Part shown: positions 39,856 through 52,429 of the stretch, piece after piece
Position numbering within the stretch: the stretch's first letter is position 1
How the letters are laid out: every line of letters begins with the position of its first letter
Assembly: GCA_038087875.1 (NCBI GenBank)
Contig: CM075981.1
Coordinates: 12,338,001 to 12,402,000 of the forward strand
Direction of reading: 5' to 3'
From: Malacoraja senta
Lineage: Eukaryota
Length of the DNA stretch: 64,000 bases
Position numbers and translations under genes: made by a program
Notes under the pieces: model-generated
Told to the model about the DNA's origin: nothing
What the model saw: only the letters and a program-made list of their open reading frames with translations
The model's database searches: none

Positions 39856-40054
39856 CTCCCACTTTCAGATCTTGGAGATTACCACTGTATTGTGAGCAAT
39901 GGAAGAATAGTCTGGCTTGACGTTCAGTGCACTGGATAAAACCATATGATGCCAGCAGCTTCTCAATAACACCAGTTTCACGCAGGGCTCCTGAGGTACC
40001 GTTAGCAAAACCAGAGTGGCCATTGTTATGCAAGAGGTTTGGATCAAAGCTCAT
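39856..40054 (-). CDS. CSDE1: CSDE1 coding exon with main ATG (MSFDPNLL...QDLKVG), CSD1 N-part, 199 nt
   Basis: cag|ATG acceptor directly before the start codon; donor G|gtgaga. Confidence 0.97.
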
Positions 40055-42060
40055 CTGCGACAAGGATATATAAAAAGAGATATTCATGTATTTAACTGAA
40101 AGAACACCCCAATTCACTACAAACCAAAAACAGGCTGCAACCAGATAACATTGATAACAAATGCAGTCAAAATAAAACTACCTATGTAACTGAAATCTAA
40201 ACAAAAAAAAATTAGTAATAGTTTCTGTAAGAAATCTCACCAAGCCATTCACAAAATAGAATACACAATTGCAGAATGAGAAGGCAATATTTGAGTAGGA
40301 TGGGAAAGGGGAGAAACGGCAGAAGAACACCAAGCAGATTCACTGACATTCTTCAATTACTCACCACATACTGCAGATTGAGGTTGGTTGCTTTTGTTAC
40401 TAATATGCAGGAACTGTTGCTTCATAATACCATTATTGGAACATTTATAAATTAAATAATTACCACTATATTTCTACGTCAAATATCTTAGCGAGGAGGG
40501 GGAAAAAATCTTTAAAGATAATGCTTTCAGAGGATTAAAACAATTACTCCAGGGTTCTAAATTTCAGCATTAATATACCGTGTACATTTCAAGTTTGAAA
40601 GCATGAAGATAATTTATAATTAATATTCACAAGACAATTTAATATTATGACAAAATACAGGTAATTCTGCTATAAAGCAATAGTTGCGCTAAGAATCCTG
40701 GTATGATTTTCAAAAATATGTCTTTCGTACAAGTTCATTTTTGTGCTGCATGTTAAAAATATTAAGATACTCTTAAATCATTTAAGAGTTTTTCATTGCA
40801 CAAGTGTCAATAGGGCAATTGGTTGTCAATTTATATGACCACCAGTGGATATAGTCGTAGCTCTGTTCTTGAGACAATGGGAAACTTTTTTCCCTATACT
40901 ATATAAATCCAAGACAGCTTTGTCTGCTTTACAATTCACAAAGTAACTTAACTGCTTCTCTAATTCCCAATCAAAATCTCATTACAAATAATTTGGCCTC
41001 CAAAATGCAAATTGGATTTCCAATTTTAACAATCATCTTATATTCAATTCACGTTAAGGAATTATAGCAGAACTACCACCATGTTGTTTTATCCAAGCAA
41101 TGTTCTAAAGTGAAGATTAAAATTCAAACTGGCCCATTATTTGCAACTAAATGATTTAGAAACAGGTGCAGAAAAAAAGGACAATAAATAAATTCACTGG
41201 GTGCAAGTTTGGTGTTTGTTAGTTTGAATTCAACATGCATCTACATTAATCATTGTTTAATTAGCAATACAAACCAGCTTTGAGCATTAGGATCCAAAAA
41301 GCTGTTGCTGACAAATTACTATCTGGAAATGCTTGCTTCTAGTCAAAAGACCCAAGTTGCTCCTACCATGACAATTTTTCTTTCGAACTATTACGGTAGT
41401 TCTTTAATAGTCAAGACAGCCAAAAGAAAACAGGATACAAAGAATGGGTAGTGACTTTTGTTTGAATATTGGGGATTATTTCCATTTCCTCATGCTAAAT
41501 GGGACTCAGAACTTAAAGTAAAACCTGCTGCAATTAACAAGATTAGCTTTTCAGCCCAGATTTTAATAGTAGTGTCCAACTCATTTAAACTCTGAAAAAT
41601 CTATACCAGAAACATTAGCCAGTCTATTCTCCCCATATCGGATGACCAATTGTAGTGAGATCATTACTTTCTACAATCTTTAGGATGCAAAGTACTTTTA
41701 CATATGGTGCTCATGTAAGGGTGTAAACTATACCAGATGTTTTAGACTTGCTCCCAGAAAGATCTTAGAAGCCAGCAACATCAAGCACGCTGTCACCAAA
41801 TAGCCATGTGCTCCAAATATTGCCATGCCTCAATTTAAATTTGATTTTCAAGATTATGACAGAAGTGGCTGATAGATCAATTTATATTCCCAACTACAAA
41901 ATTAACAATGCTCTAATCCCTAAAAATAGTTAAAAGCTTAGGGTATAAATAAAAAGCAATGTCCATGCAAGTGGGCTTATATCCCAAGTTCAAACTAATG
42001 CTGTTACTACATGCTGTTAGCACAAGTATGAGATTAAATACTCAATTCTTCCCCACTTAC

Positions 42061-42195
42061 TGATCTCTGATAAAGTGGAATTCTCTTCTGTTTTTTAGCA
42101 CTGATTGAGGCAGAACGTGTTGAAAGAGGGTGACAGGGAGTACTGGAAGTTGAAGGATTATGATGCTCTGAAGACGCAGCGTAGAGATTCTCCAT
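42061..42195 (-). CDS. CSDE1: CSDE1 alternative N-terminal extension exon, 45 aa (exon 42061-42202)
   Basis: Acceptor tttcgcactccag|CTATAAAATG. Encodes MENLYAASSEH...AKKQKRIPLYQRS. Donor TCA|gtaagt is phase 0 and splices in frame onto the main ATG. Resembles the human long-isoform N-terminus MENVF...KKQKRTPTYQRS (recalled). Confidence 0.88.
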
Positions 42196-44809
42196 TTTAT
42201 AGCTGGAGTGCGAAAGTAAAGCATCATAGAACAAATCTATGAAAACCCAGTTGCATTTTGTAAACAACATCCATATGAAAAGGACATTCCATGTGAAAAG
42301 GACATTAAATTCACTACATAAATGTTAATTTTCAGTATGTGCCATAATATATGGACATTGAAGACAACCAATAATTTCAAAAATGGCTCAGGCCTCAATT
42401 TAGCAAGCAGACCAATGCAAACTAGGAAAATTCAGGCTTCAATCTTTAGTCCACTGGCGATCTCAGCAGAAGTGGTAATAAGACCATTACTGTTCATGGC
42501 AAGGTCATTTAAAATCCTTTTAATGCTCACACCCACCCCCGGGCCAAGCTCAGCTGAATTTCATCCAAGCTTGAGGTTTGCAAAGGAAAAATGTGTAGCA
42601 CACCGCAGTTAGAACAGGAGTGAAGATCGGGGAGGGGAGGAGGAGATGAGGGAAGAATGCCAAGCAGACATGGAAAACTATTCCAAACACGGACACTCAA
42701 TATCCTTGTTTAAAATGGTGAATGCCGTCATTTGTACCAGTCACTATAAATGTGATTTGGTGCTATTAAATGCCACAGCAGCCAAATCAGCATTAATTGT
42801 AACTCTCCCTCCCCCCCCCCTCCCCTCCCCCCCCAAAAAGCCAGATACATCTAAAACAGCTCACTTCTATGCAGCTGCTTAGACCATTTGCCGACAATGC
42901 CAACAAAGGTAGCTGGCTCAGTCGGGTCTCTATTGCCACTGACCGAAAATGCGACACAATCACCCGAATACTGTTTCCCCCCACCCCCAGTTTTAAATGT
43001 TAACAGAATCTCATGGTTTACATTCAAAATAAACCAATGACCACTGATGCAATTTTGCTATTCAGTGTTCATAGCACCATAAATTGTAACTGGCAAGGGA
43101 TACAAATCAATTATGATAATTCTAAGATAAAATCTAGTTACAGACAGAACCATACCTAATGCAACTCTGCTAAAAGGATATCATACTAGTCAACCTACCT
43201 TGGATCTTAGTTAATCATGCTCTCAACCAAGTTTTAATCCTCATTTTCAAATCCCTTCATGCCCTCAGCAAATCTATCAAGAAACAGCTTTGCAATTCTA
43301 TCAGTTTTCCAATTCTGGCCTGTCATTCTCGAATTTTATTGTTATTCCACTAGCAATTAGGACATTAAATGCCAAAATACCAATCAAAAATACTCTTCAA
43401 ATTCTTCTCACTTCAAACCCTTGTAAAGGAGTTATGCCCAAATCTTTGACCAATTTTTTGTTATACTTCCCCACATTTCTACCCTCTGCCACAGATTCTT
43501 CTAGAACATTACAAATTCAAAGACGCTCATTTTCAATCACTGCTAAAATGTTTACAAGATTGTCCACAAAACTGACATCAAAGTGCGCCAGTCCAGCCAT
43601 CGTTCGCACTTAAACTATTCCTGTTACAACATTTCAACGGTTCAACTGTGCTTTTGTTGTCACATGTGAAACGCAGAGTGAAATTCTTTCCTTACATACA
43701 GTCCAGAAAAGTATTGTCATCCCCAAGCACAATCAATGATTAGCAGTGTACAGAAATAGCCCACTGAGCTCACATGCAGGAGATGCCATGTTTTAGGTGC
43801 CATTTTCAAAATCCAGTCCGCGCTCTGGGTCTTGAGCATTTGCCCGATCCAGGCAAACACTAGGCTGTTGCGGGCCTCAAGCCACCACCTTCCTTGGTGT
43901 GGATTGACCAGCGAACAGATGTCGCTCTCCTCGCCTGTCATTGTCGTGGCCGGCCTCCCTCCAAACAGGCTGTGGCACACCTGACTTTGCGTCCGGCCAC
44001 AGGGACGAGAACTCTCCGCCACCCCTTCCCATGCAAGTGAGAACGTTCAATATCCAGTTTTCCACCTCCACCTCGCATCTCAGCAATCATCCTTTGCACA
44101 TGAAACAGCAATTTACTTGTATTTTGTGTATTTACTACTTAAATGCAAACCAAGCGCTGAGGTCAATAAACGCATGCCTATTTGTACAATGAAGGTTACC
44201 AGTTATACTCAAAATGGATAACAGATATCCAAATAATATTGTTATTCTTTTCATATTATGTAACCAGCAGAGATAATTAATGCTTTTCTTTGGCATTTAT
44301 AACAATAACTGGTGCTCATAGCACTGCTTTATTGCTCCACAGCCATTATAACAATTTTGGATCTTTAGCAAGCTCCTAATAAACAGTATAGATAGAGTAC
44401 ATTAGTTGAGCTGAGAGAGGGCACTGCATATCATTCTTGCTCCCACCAACAACCATTCAAGTGTTTTAAGATACAAGATCATAGATTTCTCAGGAAAATG
44501 TGCTGACAAAGTGGAACATGCAGGCTGCACAGAAAACATTAAAGCCTGGCCTTTAAAATAATAAATGTTAATGTAATAATTCACTTGAAATGGTTTGGAA
44601 TACAATAAAAGGCAAGCTGTTAAAGCAGCAACAAGCAAATCTGACTGGATCATCGGTGCTTCAGGGACTGATCCATCTACAGGGACTGCAGCTGCTGCAG
44701 GTTTGAATAGACTCCAGAACACTAAGCAAATTGACCAATTAAAAATTGGTCATTGTGAAATGCAGAATATTACAGACACTGGTTCCCATCTAAAGAATCA
44801 TGTTACCAC

Positions 44810-45030
44810 ACAAAGACACAAAATATTAAAGTAACTCAGCAGATCAGGCAGCATCTTCTGTGAAGATGGATGGGTGACGTATCAGATCGGGACCCTTCTT
44901 CTGGGAAGAAGGTTCTTAACCTAAAATATCACCAACTTATGTTCTCCACAGATGCTGCCTGACCTGCTGAGTTACTCCAGCATTGTATCCTTAAAAAAAT
45001 ATATAAACCAGCATCTGCACTTCCTTCTAT
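44810..45030. repeat. Fold-back pair of Penelope-type terminal repeats
   Basis: Arms 44831-44856 and 44950-44975 are complementary at 25/26 positions; centre CCTTCTTC-tgg-GAAGAAGG. Confidence 0.85.
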
Positions 45031-45544
45031 CCACATGTTACCATACATCCAGTTAAGTCAAACATTACAAAAATCATTTTTATATTGCTGCTCCTCCCCA
45101 CCAAGGCAACATTTCACAGCAGGCAAAAGTGTACCTTTTACCAACAGTGGGTTATGGACCATGGTAGTACTGCTAATCTTTACAACTGCACTTAAGTTTC
45201 ACCCATTCTTCATCAATGTTTCAATGCCATCATAAAGAGAAATCCAGAGTTAATTCTATTCCACTCTTAACCAAGAGCAGAGACAAACTCAGCCAAGAAT
45301 TAATACCTTGGAATAAAATCACTGATCCAACAACTCAAAATAAACAATTCCTATAAAAACAAAATGGGCAAATGGCTTTCAAAAAGATTATTTCGTCATT
45401 TGAATACTATTTATTATTCCATATCCTTACTCACTATATCCTGGACTCAGCACATCGATGCAATTATAAAGAAAGCCCATCAATGCCTCTACTTCCTTAT
45501 AAGTTTAGATCAACAAATATTCTCTTGAACTATTCATTCATTCA

Positions 45545-45950
45545 TCTTCTACAGGTAGAGAGCATACTGACTGGATGCATCACGGTCTGGTTCAGCAATG
45601 CAGATGCCCAGGAATGGAGATTACAAAAAGTGGTGAATCCAGTGAACACTGCCCAGTCCATCAGTCCACCATCAAAGGGATTTATCAGAGACACTGCCGC
45701 AAAAAAGCAGCCAACTTTACCAGGGACCCATACCACTCTGGCCACACTCTCATTACACTCCTGCCATTGGGAAGACGACAGATGCCTGAAAACTAACATC
45801 CAAGTTCAGGAACAGCTTCTTCCCAACAGCCATCAGGCTATTGAACATTAACTACTCCTACCAAACCCCGAAGTACAAACTGCATTGCCTGCATTAGGAA
45901 TTTCATTGTTCCATTTCAGAACATATGACAATAAAACACTCGACTCGATT
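45545..45950 (+). mobile_element. Rex1/Babar LINE 3' fragment
   Basis: VESILTGCITVWFSN..QEWRLQKVV; ends ATATGACAATAAA followed by a short repeat. Confidence 0.75.
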
Positions 45951-46581
45951 GCGAGTTATAGTATCACCTACGAAACAGACTTTATAAACCTTCAAAAGCG
46001 CGAATTTTTTATTTAAAACCCCCCCCCTAGAATTCTGCATTATACGTGGAATCTTCTGCACAGGATAGGGAAGTTTATTAAACACAGCTCGTCTCCTCAG
46101 ATGGCCCAAATTTCAAGAAGCACTTCCCTCTCATGGGTCCCCAGAGTTGGAGATAGCAGAAGAGGTCAAAGGAGCCTTCAAAAGAAATTTAGGATACATG
46201 CATATGGTACCATCCTTATAACAATTAGTCCTCAAGAACATGGAAGTAATCTTTACAGGGATGATTTCCAATAATTTTAAATGAAAAAGATTACTTATTG
46301 TGCACTGTTGTAAGTTAACTCCATTCATCTAAAATAACAGCTGAAAAAATACCAAATATTGAAAATGCAGATGTTGTTAGAAATGCAAGTTTTGAAATAC
46401 AATCCACTTTAAAAAGCAGACTTAATTCAGGATGAACTTTTTTTAGTAAATGTAAAACTTAGTTGAAAATGTAAAACGTCCACCTGCTCTTTTTCTTTAA
46501 AAAAAAAGCAAAAACTCCAAATTGGTGAATTCTACGCAGCAGACAAAACGGAGCCAGTGCATGGTACAACAATTTTAAAAG

Positions 46582-47975
46582 TACACCAGCTGCAGACCCG
46601 TTGGGCCCGTCCCCTAATGCAATATTTCACCACTGACCCATAGCCCCCAACTGCATAGGCGCAGCTGACAGGTTCCCGGGGAGATGCCAGAGATTCCCGT
46701 TGTGACGCAAGTCATGGCAACCCTCCCCCAACTGCGCAAGCGTGGCCGGCAAGTGGGAGTGCGACTGCGACGTTTTAAAAGTTCAAAATGGCAATAACTT
46801 GTAAAATATAAGAACAATGTGAACGCATCTCACTCTCCCTCTTCAATCCCCCACTGCCCTCCTCTCCCTCTCTCTATCCCCCACTCCCTACCTCCCCCAC
46901 TCTCCCTCCTCACCACCCCCACTTTCCCCTCCCCCATCCTCTCTCTCAATCCCCTTCCTGCCCCACTCTCTCCTCACCCCCCCCCACTTTCTCCTCCCTA
47001 CCCCCTCCTCTCTCGATCCCCTTCTCCCCCGTATCCCACTCCCCCACAATGAAAATCGCGATGTTTTTTAAAAAAAAATGAAATTCTCAATGAAAACCTA
47101 AACAATGTTAGCTGTTAATGAAAACAAAAGAAATTTGATTAAAACGGATTTGATTTGAATTTAGAATAAAATCAATGTAAATGAAAATCTCGATTTTTAA
47201 TGTAAATGAAATTCGGGATACCATTGTGACTTCGAACGTGGCTGACGGGCAGGGTGGAAAAGCGTTTTTTGTAAAGTTTTAAATGTCAATAACTTGTAAA
47301 ATATAACATAAATCTGAATTAAACTTGGCTAATGCACACCCCAGGACAATGGTGAGTAAGGTGCGCCAAACATTGTAGCTCTATCATGTACCATTTTGGC
47401 GGAGTTATCAGAACACGCACGCATGCATACAAACAAGATGAGTTTCAGTAATATATGCTAGACCAAGTGGGACCCGTTGGGTACCTGTCACACGGGAGGC
47501 CCAGTCCCCCAACGCAACTCGTTTCCCCAACACAATATTCCACCACTCACCCATAGCCCCCAACTGCACAGGCACGGCCCATTTCCCCTCATCCCCCAGC
47601 ACTGCCTCCTCCCTCTTTTTAAACTTTTTAAAAAATCCAATTCCCTTGCCATGCCCCTGCCGTTACAATGTTTCAAATGACAGGACTCAGTGTCCTGTCT
47701 TTGTAACATTGTAACGGGCAGGGTCAGCAAGTTGGAATTGGATTTTTTACAATGAGAAGTTAAATTTTAAAATTTTTAAATGTAAATAACTTGTGAAATA
47801 TAACATCAATCTGAACGAAACTTTGATAAAATGCACCACAGGACAATTGTAAGGTGGTCCAAAAATTGTAGCACTATCGTGTACCGTGATGGCGTAGTTC
47901 CGGGAGCACATGAGCACGCACGCAAGCAGACAGAATCACAAACAAGATGCGAGTTTTAGTAATATATAGATAGAT
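46582..47975 (+). mobile_element. Two head-to-tail non-autonomous Helitron/Helentron-like (HINE/Lep1-like) repeats; junction at ~47458
   Basis: Each starts with a GACCCGTTGGG hairpin head and ends AAACAAGATG..AGTTT.AGTAATATAT. Shared internal motif AATAACTTGT.AAATATAA. No TIR or poly-A tail. Confidence 0.6.
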
Positions 47976-49108
47976 AAATAAACATACTGCTCTCTTAAGG
48001 TCAATCTTGTGGAAATCCAGAATCACAAGAATGCTGCTAATTGTTGTCTTGACTGATCAAGCTGGTTATCTCTGCTTCTTTCAGAAGCAAAAAAATCTAA
48101 GCTTTTCCAACAATGCCACCACAAATCAACTTTCATTGCATCTTTGTCAAAAAGCTTTTGTATTAAAACATCCACATTTCTTTCACTCAATAAATGAAGT
48201 GAAAACAAAATCAAGAAAATTTAGGTAGCTAAAATGGCCTACCCACAACCATAATTAACACAATAGGACCAAGGTTTTTTTTTAATTTGGGAAAACTTGA
48301 GCACTTTGGAAGTCCATTGCCACTGGTAGCAAATGTTGCAAGTTTAGTGTTATATTTATAAACTTCGTCTCAGCATAGGCCAAAGAAAAATATCAAATAA
48401 TATTGTACATCTACAAACAGTTCAAAATAACAACCAAGATATGCCAAATTACATAACATTTCAGTCTGATTTTTTTTGCATACATTTCTTGCTGTTTAAT
48501 TAGAACTACGTGTGCATAACAAGTGTCATTTACATTTCAGAGATGACTTAAGTCAGATGACAAATTGTTTTAAGAGCTAAAGTATTGCATCTAATTTACA
48601 GAATTATTTTGTCTCTTTTCCCTTCACTGAAGATGCCATCCAATGTTACAAATATCAGATTGCACAGTTTTAAGCAAATCGCACTAAAATTCTCTCAGAT
48701 GCAAGGTATTTAAAACCGAGAAGCCCACTGCATAACTGCAGTAAAAACAACTTAACCTTCTAAAACACAACTGTGTGGCTTTGTATACAATGTCACCAAT
48801 TGTGATAGGTATCTTGTTTTATCTTTTGCCAACTCAAAATAATGATGCAACTTTAAAAAGCCCTTTGAGCAAAGATGCAGGAAAATCTGATTTGAAAAAA
48901 CCTGTTTTGAAATCAAAGACATAATAATGGATAGCAGCATTTTCCAAAAATTCCCTGTAGCATAAGAATAGAAGAAATGTTGTCTGCAAAAAGAATATAT
49001 AACTGGACGAAACTCCAGTTGTTTCTACTGCTCCCAAAGTCAAGATGCTTTTTGAGAACCAACCCTGAACTTACATCCACTAATGTCTACGGTGAAGAAT
49101 GGTACTTG

Positions 49109-49342
49109 TGTGGCGGCACCTGATAGCAACCCAAGGTCACGACGAACCATCGGCTCTAGAGGGCGGCGTCTTGGTGGGGGAGGAACGAGTCGCAGGGTCG
49201 GTATCCGAGTTGTTATTTAAGGCCGGGCAATGCCTGTGTCAGCTGAGGAGTAGGGAGCTGTATGCAGAAGAATAAACACATCTAGAGCACACAACTTGTG
49301 TCCGACTAGTTTTTGGCTGGACACCTGCCAGTCCCCGCCACA
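49109..49342 (+). repeat. 5' LTR (234 bp)
   Basis: TGTGGCGG...CCGCCACA with internal AATAAA; followed by the PBS. Confidence 0.93.
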
Positions 49343-49344
49343 AT

Positions 49345-49359
49345 TGGTGACCCCAGACG
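49345..49359 (+). promoter_or_regulatory. Primer-binding site, tRNA-Trp type
   Basis: TGGTGACCCC(A)GACG matches the tRNA-Trp PBS TGGTGACCCCGACG with one inserted base. Confidence 0.8.
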
Positions 49360-49399
49360 CCCAGGAGTGTAATCCTGGAATGGATTTTTTTTTTTTTTA

Positions 49400-52170
49400 A
49401 TGCATTCTGCCGCTGCCGACTATAAGGCCGAACTCAACGCGGTCTCCCTGAAGCTGCCTACACTTTGGACCACGAGGCCGAGGGTTTGGCTTCGACAGGC
49501 CGAATCCCAATTTCACATCCGCGGCATTACAGCCGACGAGACTCGCTATCACTATGTGGTAAGCGCCCTTGACCAGCAGACGGCCGGTCGGGTCATTCCT
49601 TACCTGGATAACCCGCCGGTCGTGGGGAAATACACAGGGCTCAAGGAGCTGTTGCTCCGGATCTACGGGCCGAGACAAATGCAGCTTGCCTGTCAGGTCC
49701 TTAACATGGGTGGGCTCGGTGACCGAATGCCCTCGGCCCTCATGAGCGAGATGCTCACGCTCATGGGCGACCAGCTGCCCTGTCTGCTCTTTCAATTCAC
49801 CTACCTGCAGCAGTTGCCACTAGACCATCCAGCTAGCAGCCCGTGCTGACGAGCTGTGGATCTCTGACCAGCAGCAGGTGGGTGCGCTGGAATACCTGGA
49901 GCCGCTGGAATCCCTGGAATCACTGGACTGGATTGATTCAATGACCAGGCTGGCCCAACAACCCAGGACCACGACCTGGCAGGCCCAGAGACCCAAGACC
50001 ACGCCCACAAGAGGGCCACAGACAAAAGACAAGTGGCACAGAAGAGGATGGCTGAGCAGGACCCAGGAGATCCAAGGAGAAGAATGTGGTGTTTTTACCA
50101 CCAGCGCTGGGGTTCAGCAGTCCGCCAATGCCGCCAGCCATGTTCGTTTCCAGGAAACGGCAGCCGGCAGGATCCATCGACTGTATATCTGGGACCGGCG
50201 CTCGAGGCTCAGATTCTTGGTGGATACGGGAACGGAGGTCAGCGTATTTCCCCCATCTGGACTCGACCTTCGTGCTGGTAAGAGGGGTCCCCCGTTAACT
50301 GCTGCGAATGGCAGTTCAATCCACACATATGGCGTCCGCACGGTTCCTGTCATTTTCGGCGCGTGCCATTTCACCTGGCCTTTTATCATCGCGGACGTGG
50401 CCCAGCCGCTGCTGGGCGCAGATTTCTTGCGGGCGCAGTCACTCCTCGTGGACGTGAAGGGCCAACGTCTCATCCACGCGTCAACTTTTGAGAAGATCTC
50501 CTTGCACTATACTGTGCCGGTCAGCAACCCTGTAGCGACGGTGGACAATGTCTACGCCCAGGTACTGGCTGAGTTCCCGGACATTGTCACCCCCAAGTTC
50601 GGCTCGGGCAGCCTGAGGCACGGTGTCATGCACCATATTCTGACATCGGGTCCACCGCTCCTCACAAGCTCCTCATAGCAAAGGCGGAATTTCGGAGTAT
50701 GGAGGCCATGGGTATCGTTCGACGCTCCAACAGCCCATGGGCTTCCCCGCTGCACATGGTGCCGAAGGTGTCTGGCGGTTGGAGGCCGTGCGGGGACTAC
50801 CGCCGCCTTAACGAGGCCACGACTGCTGACCGTTACCCTATTCCCCACATACAGGACTTCTCAGCACATCTAGCCGGGGCTAGGTTCTTCTCTAAGATCG
50901 ACCTAGTCCGGGGATATCACCAGATCCCCGTGCGACCGGAGGATGTCTCCAAGACGGCAATTATCACCCCGTTCAGATTGTTTGAGTTCCTACGGATGCC
51001 CTTCGGCCTCAAGAATGCTGCGCAGGCCTTTCAGCGCCTGATGGACGCTGTGGTGCGCAGGCTCGACTTCCTGTTTGTCTAATTGGACGACATCCTCGTG
51101 GCAAGTCGCTCGCGTGAGGAACACTGCGCCCACCTGCGTCTACTCTTCCAGCGCCTCAGTGACCATGGCCTCGTAATTAACCCTGGCAAGTGCCAATTCA
51201 GCCTTCGGGCCATCAACTTCCTGGGGCATCGGGTGACACGGCACAGAGCAGTGCCTCTGCCGGACAGGGTTGAGGCAATCCGCCAGTTCCCGCGGCCTGC
51301 TACGGTACGTGGCCTCCGTGAGTTCGTAGGGATGGTCACATTTTACCACCGGTTCGTTCCGGCGGCTGCTGAACTTTTGCGGCCGCTTTTTCAGTTGCTG
51401 ACGGGCAAACAGCAGCAGATACAGTGGGACGCTGTCGCCATGGCGGCGTTTGAAGGGGCGAAGGAGGCCTTGGCTCGGGCGACAATGCTCGTATATCCGT
51501 CGGCCGACGCCCCCACACCTGCTTACGGTGGTTGACTGTTTTACGCAATGGCCAGAGGCCATCCTGCTCACGGATACTTCAACGCAGTGGTGTGCTTGTG
51601 CCCTCGTAGCAGCCTGGATTGCCCGCTTTGGGGTTCCACTGCACATCCGACCGGGGCGACCAGTTTACATCTGAACTGTGGCCTGCCTGTTGGGGACGCA
51701 GCTCCACAACACGACAGCGTACCATCCCCAATCAAATGGGTTGGTGGAGCGGTTCCACCGCTGTCTGAAGGCCGCCCAGAAGGCTCGTCTCACAGGCTCT
51801 GGGTGGATGGACGAGTTGCCGTGGGTCCTGTTGGGGATTCGGACGGCCCCCAAGGAGGATCTGTCAACGTCCTCTGCGGAGTTGGTATTTGGTGCTCCGC
51901 TCACCGTCCCCGGGGAGTTTGTCCCTGCTGCTGATGGGTCCCAGGCACCCCCGTCATCGGTGTTGATCCGCTTACGGGAGGGTCGGCGCCCTATCTCCCA
52001 TCCCAATATCGCGTCATGGAGTGGCCCCTTTCCATGTGCCACTGCCATTGATGGGCTGCCCGTATGTTTTTCTTCGCCGTGACTCCCACAAGTCACCCTT
52101 GCAGCACGCGTATGAAGGTCCCTTTCGCATGCTGCGGCACGGGCCTACTACATTCGATGTGGACACTCTG
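49400..52170 (+). pseudogene. Disrupted gag-pol
   Basis: Gag AVSLKLPTLW...QAESQF and [57 protein letters not shown] is destroyed by TAA (51080-51082). The sequence jumps from the RT tether (YPSADAPT) directly into the integrase core (LLTVVDCFTQWPEA) near 51515. Confidence 0.92.
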
Positions 52171-52194
52171 GTTCTTGGGTGGGGGGGGGGGTCA

Positions 52195-52429
52195 TGTGGC
52201 GGCACCTGATAGCAACCCAAGGTCACGACAAACCATCGGCTCTAGAGGGCGGCGTCTTGGTGGGGAAGGCGCGAGTCACGGGGTCGGTATCCGAGTTGTT
52301 ATTTATGGCCGGGCAATGCCCGTGTCAGCTGAGGAGTAGGGAGCTGTATGCAGAAGAATAAACACATCTAGAGCGCACAACTTGTGTCCGACTCGTTTTT
52401 TGGCTGGACTCCTGCCAGTCCCCGCCACA
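52195..52429 (+). repeat. 3' LTR (235 bp)
   Basis: Differs from the 5' LTR by about 11 substitutions and 1 indel (manual count). Confidence 0.93.

Larger units (their letters stand above)
49109..52429 (+). mobile_element. Gypsy LTR retrotransposon, CsRN1/Boudicca-like clade; defective and internally deleted
   Basis: TG...CA LTRs at both ends, PBS, gag with CHCC motif, PR (FLVDTG), RT, partial integrase (YHPQSNGLVERFHR), G-rich PPT at 52177-52191. Near-TSD CTTG/CTTC. Confidence 0.95.

Noticed and set aside
50152-50158. Functional -1 frameshift site AGGAAAC between gag and pol
   Set aside because: The position fits the clade, but the protease frame is now +1 relative to gag, implying a local indel. 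It cannot be called functional.
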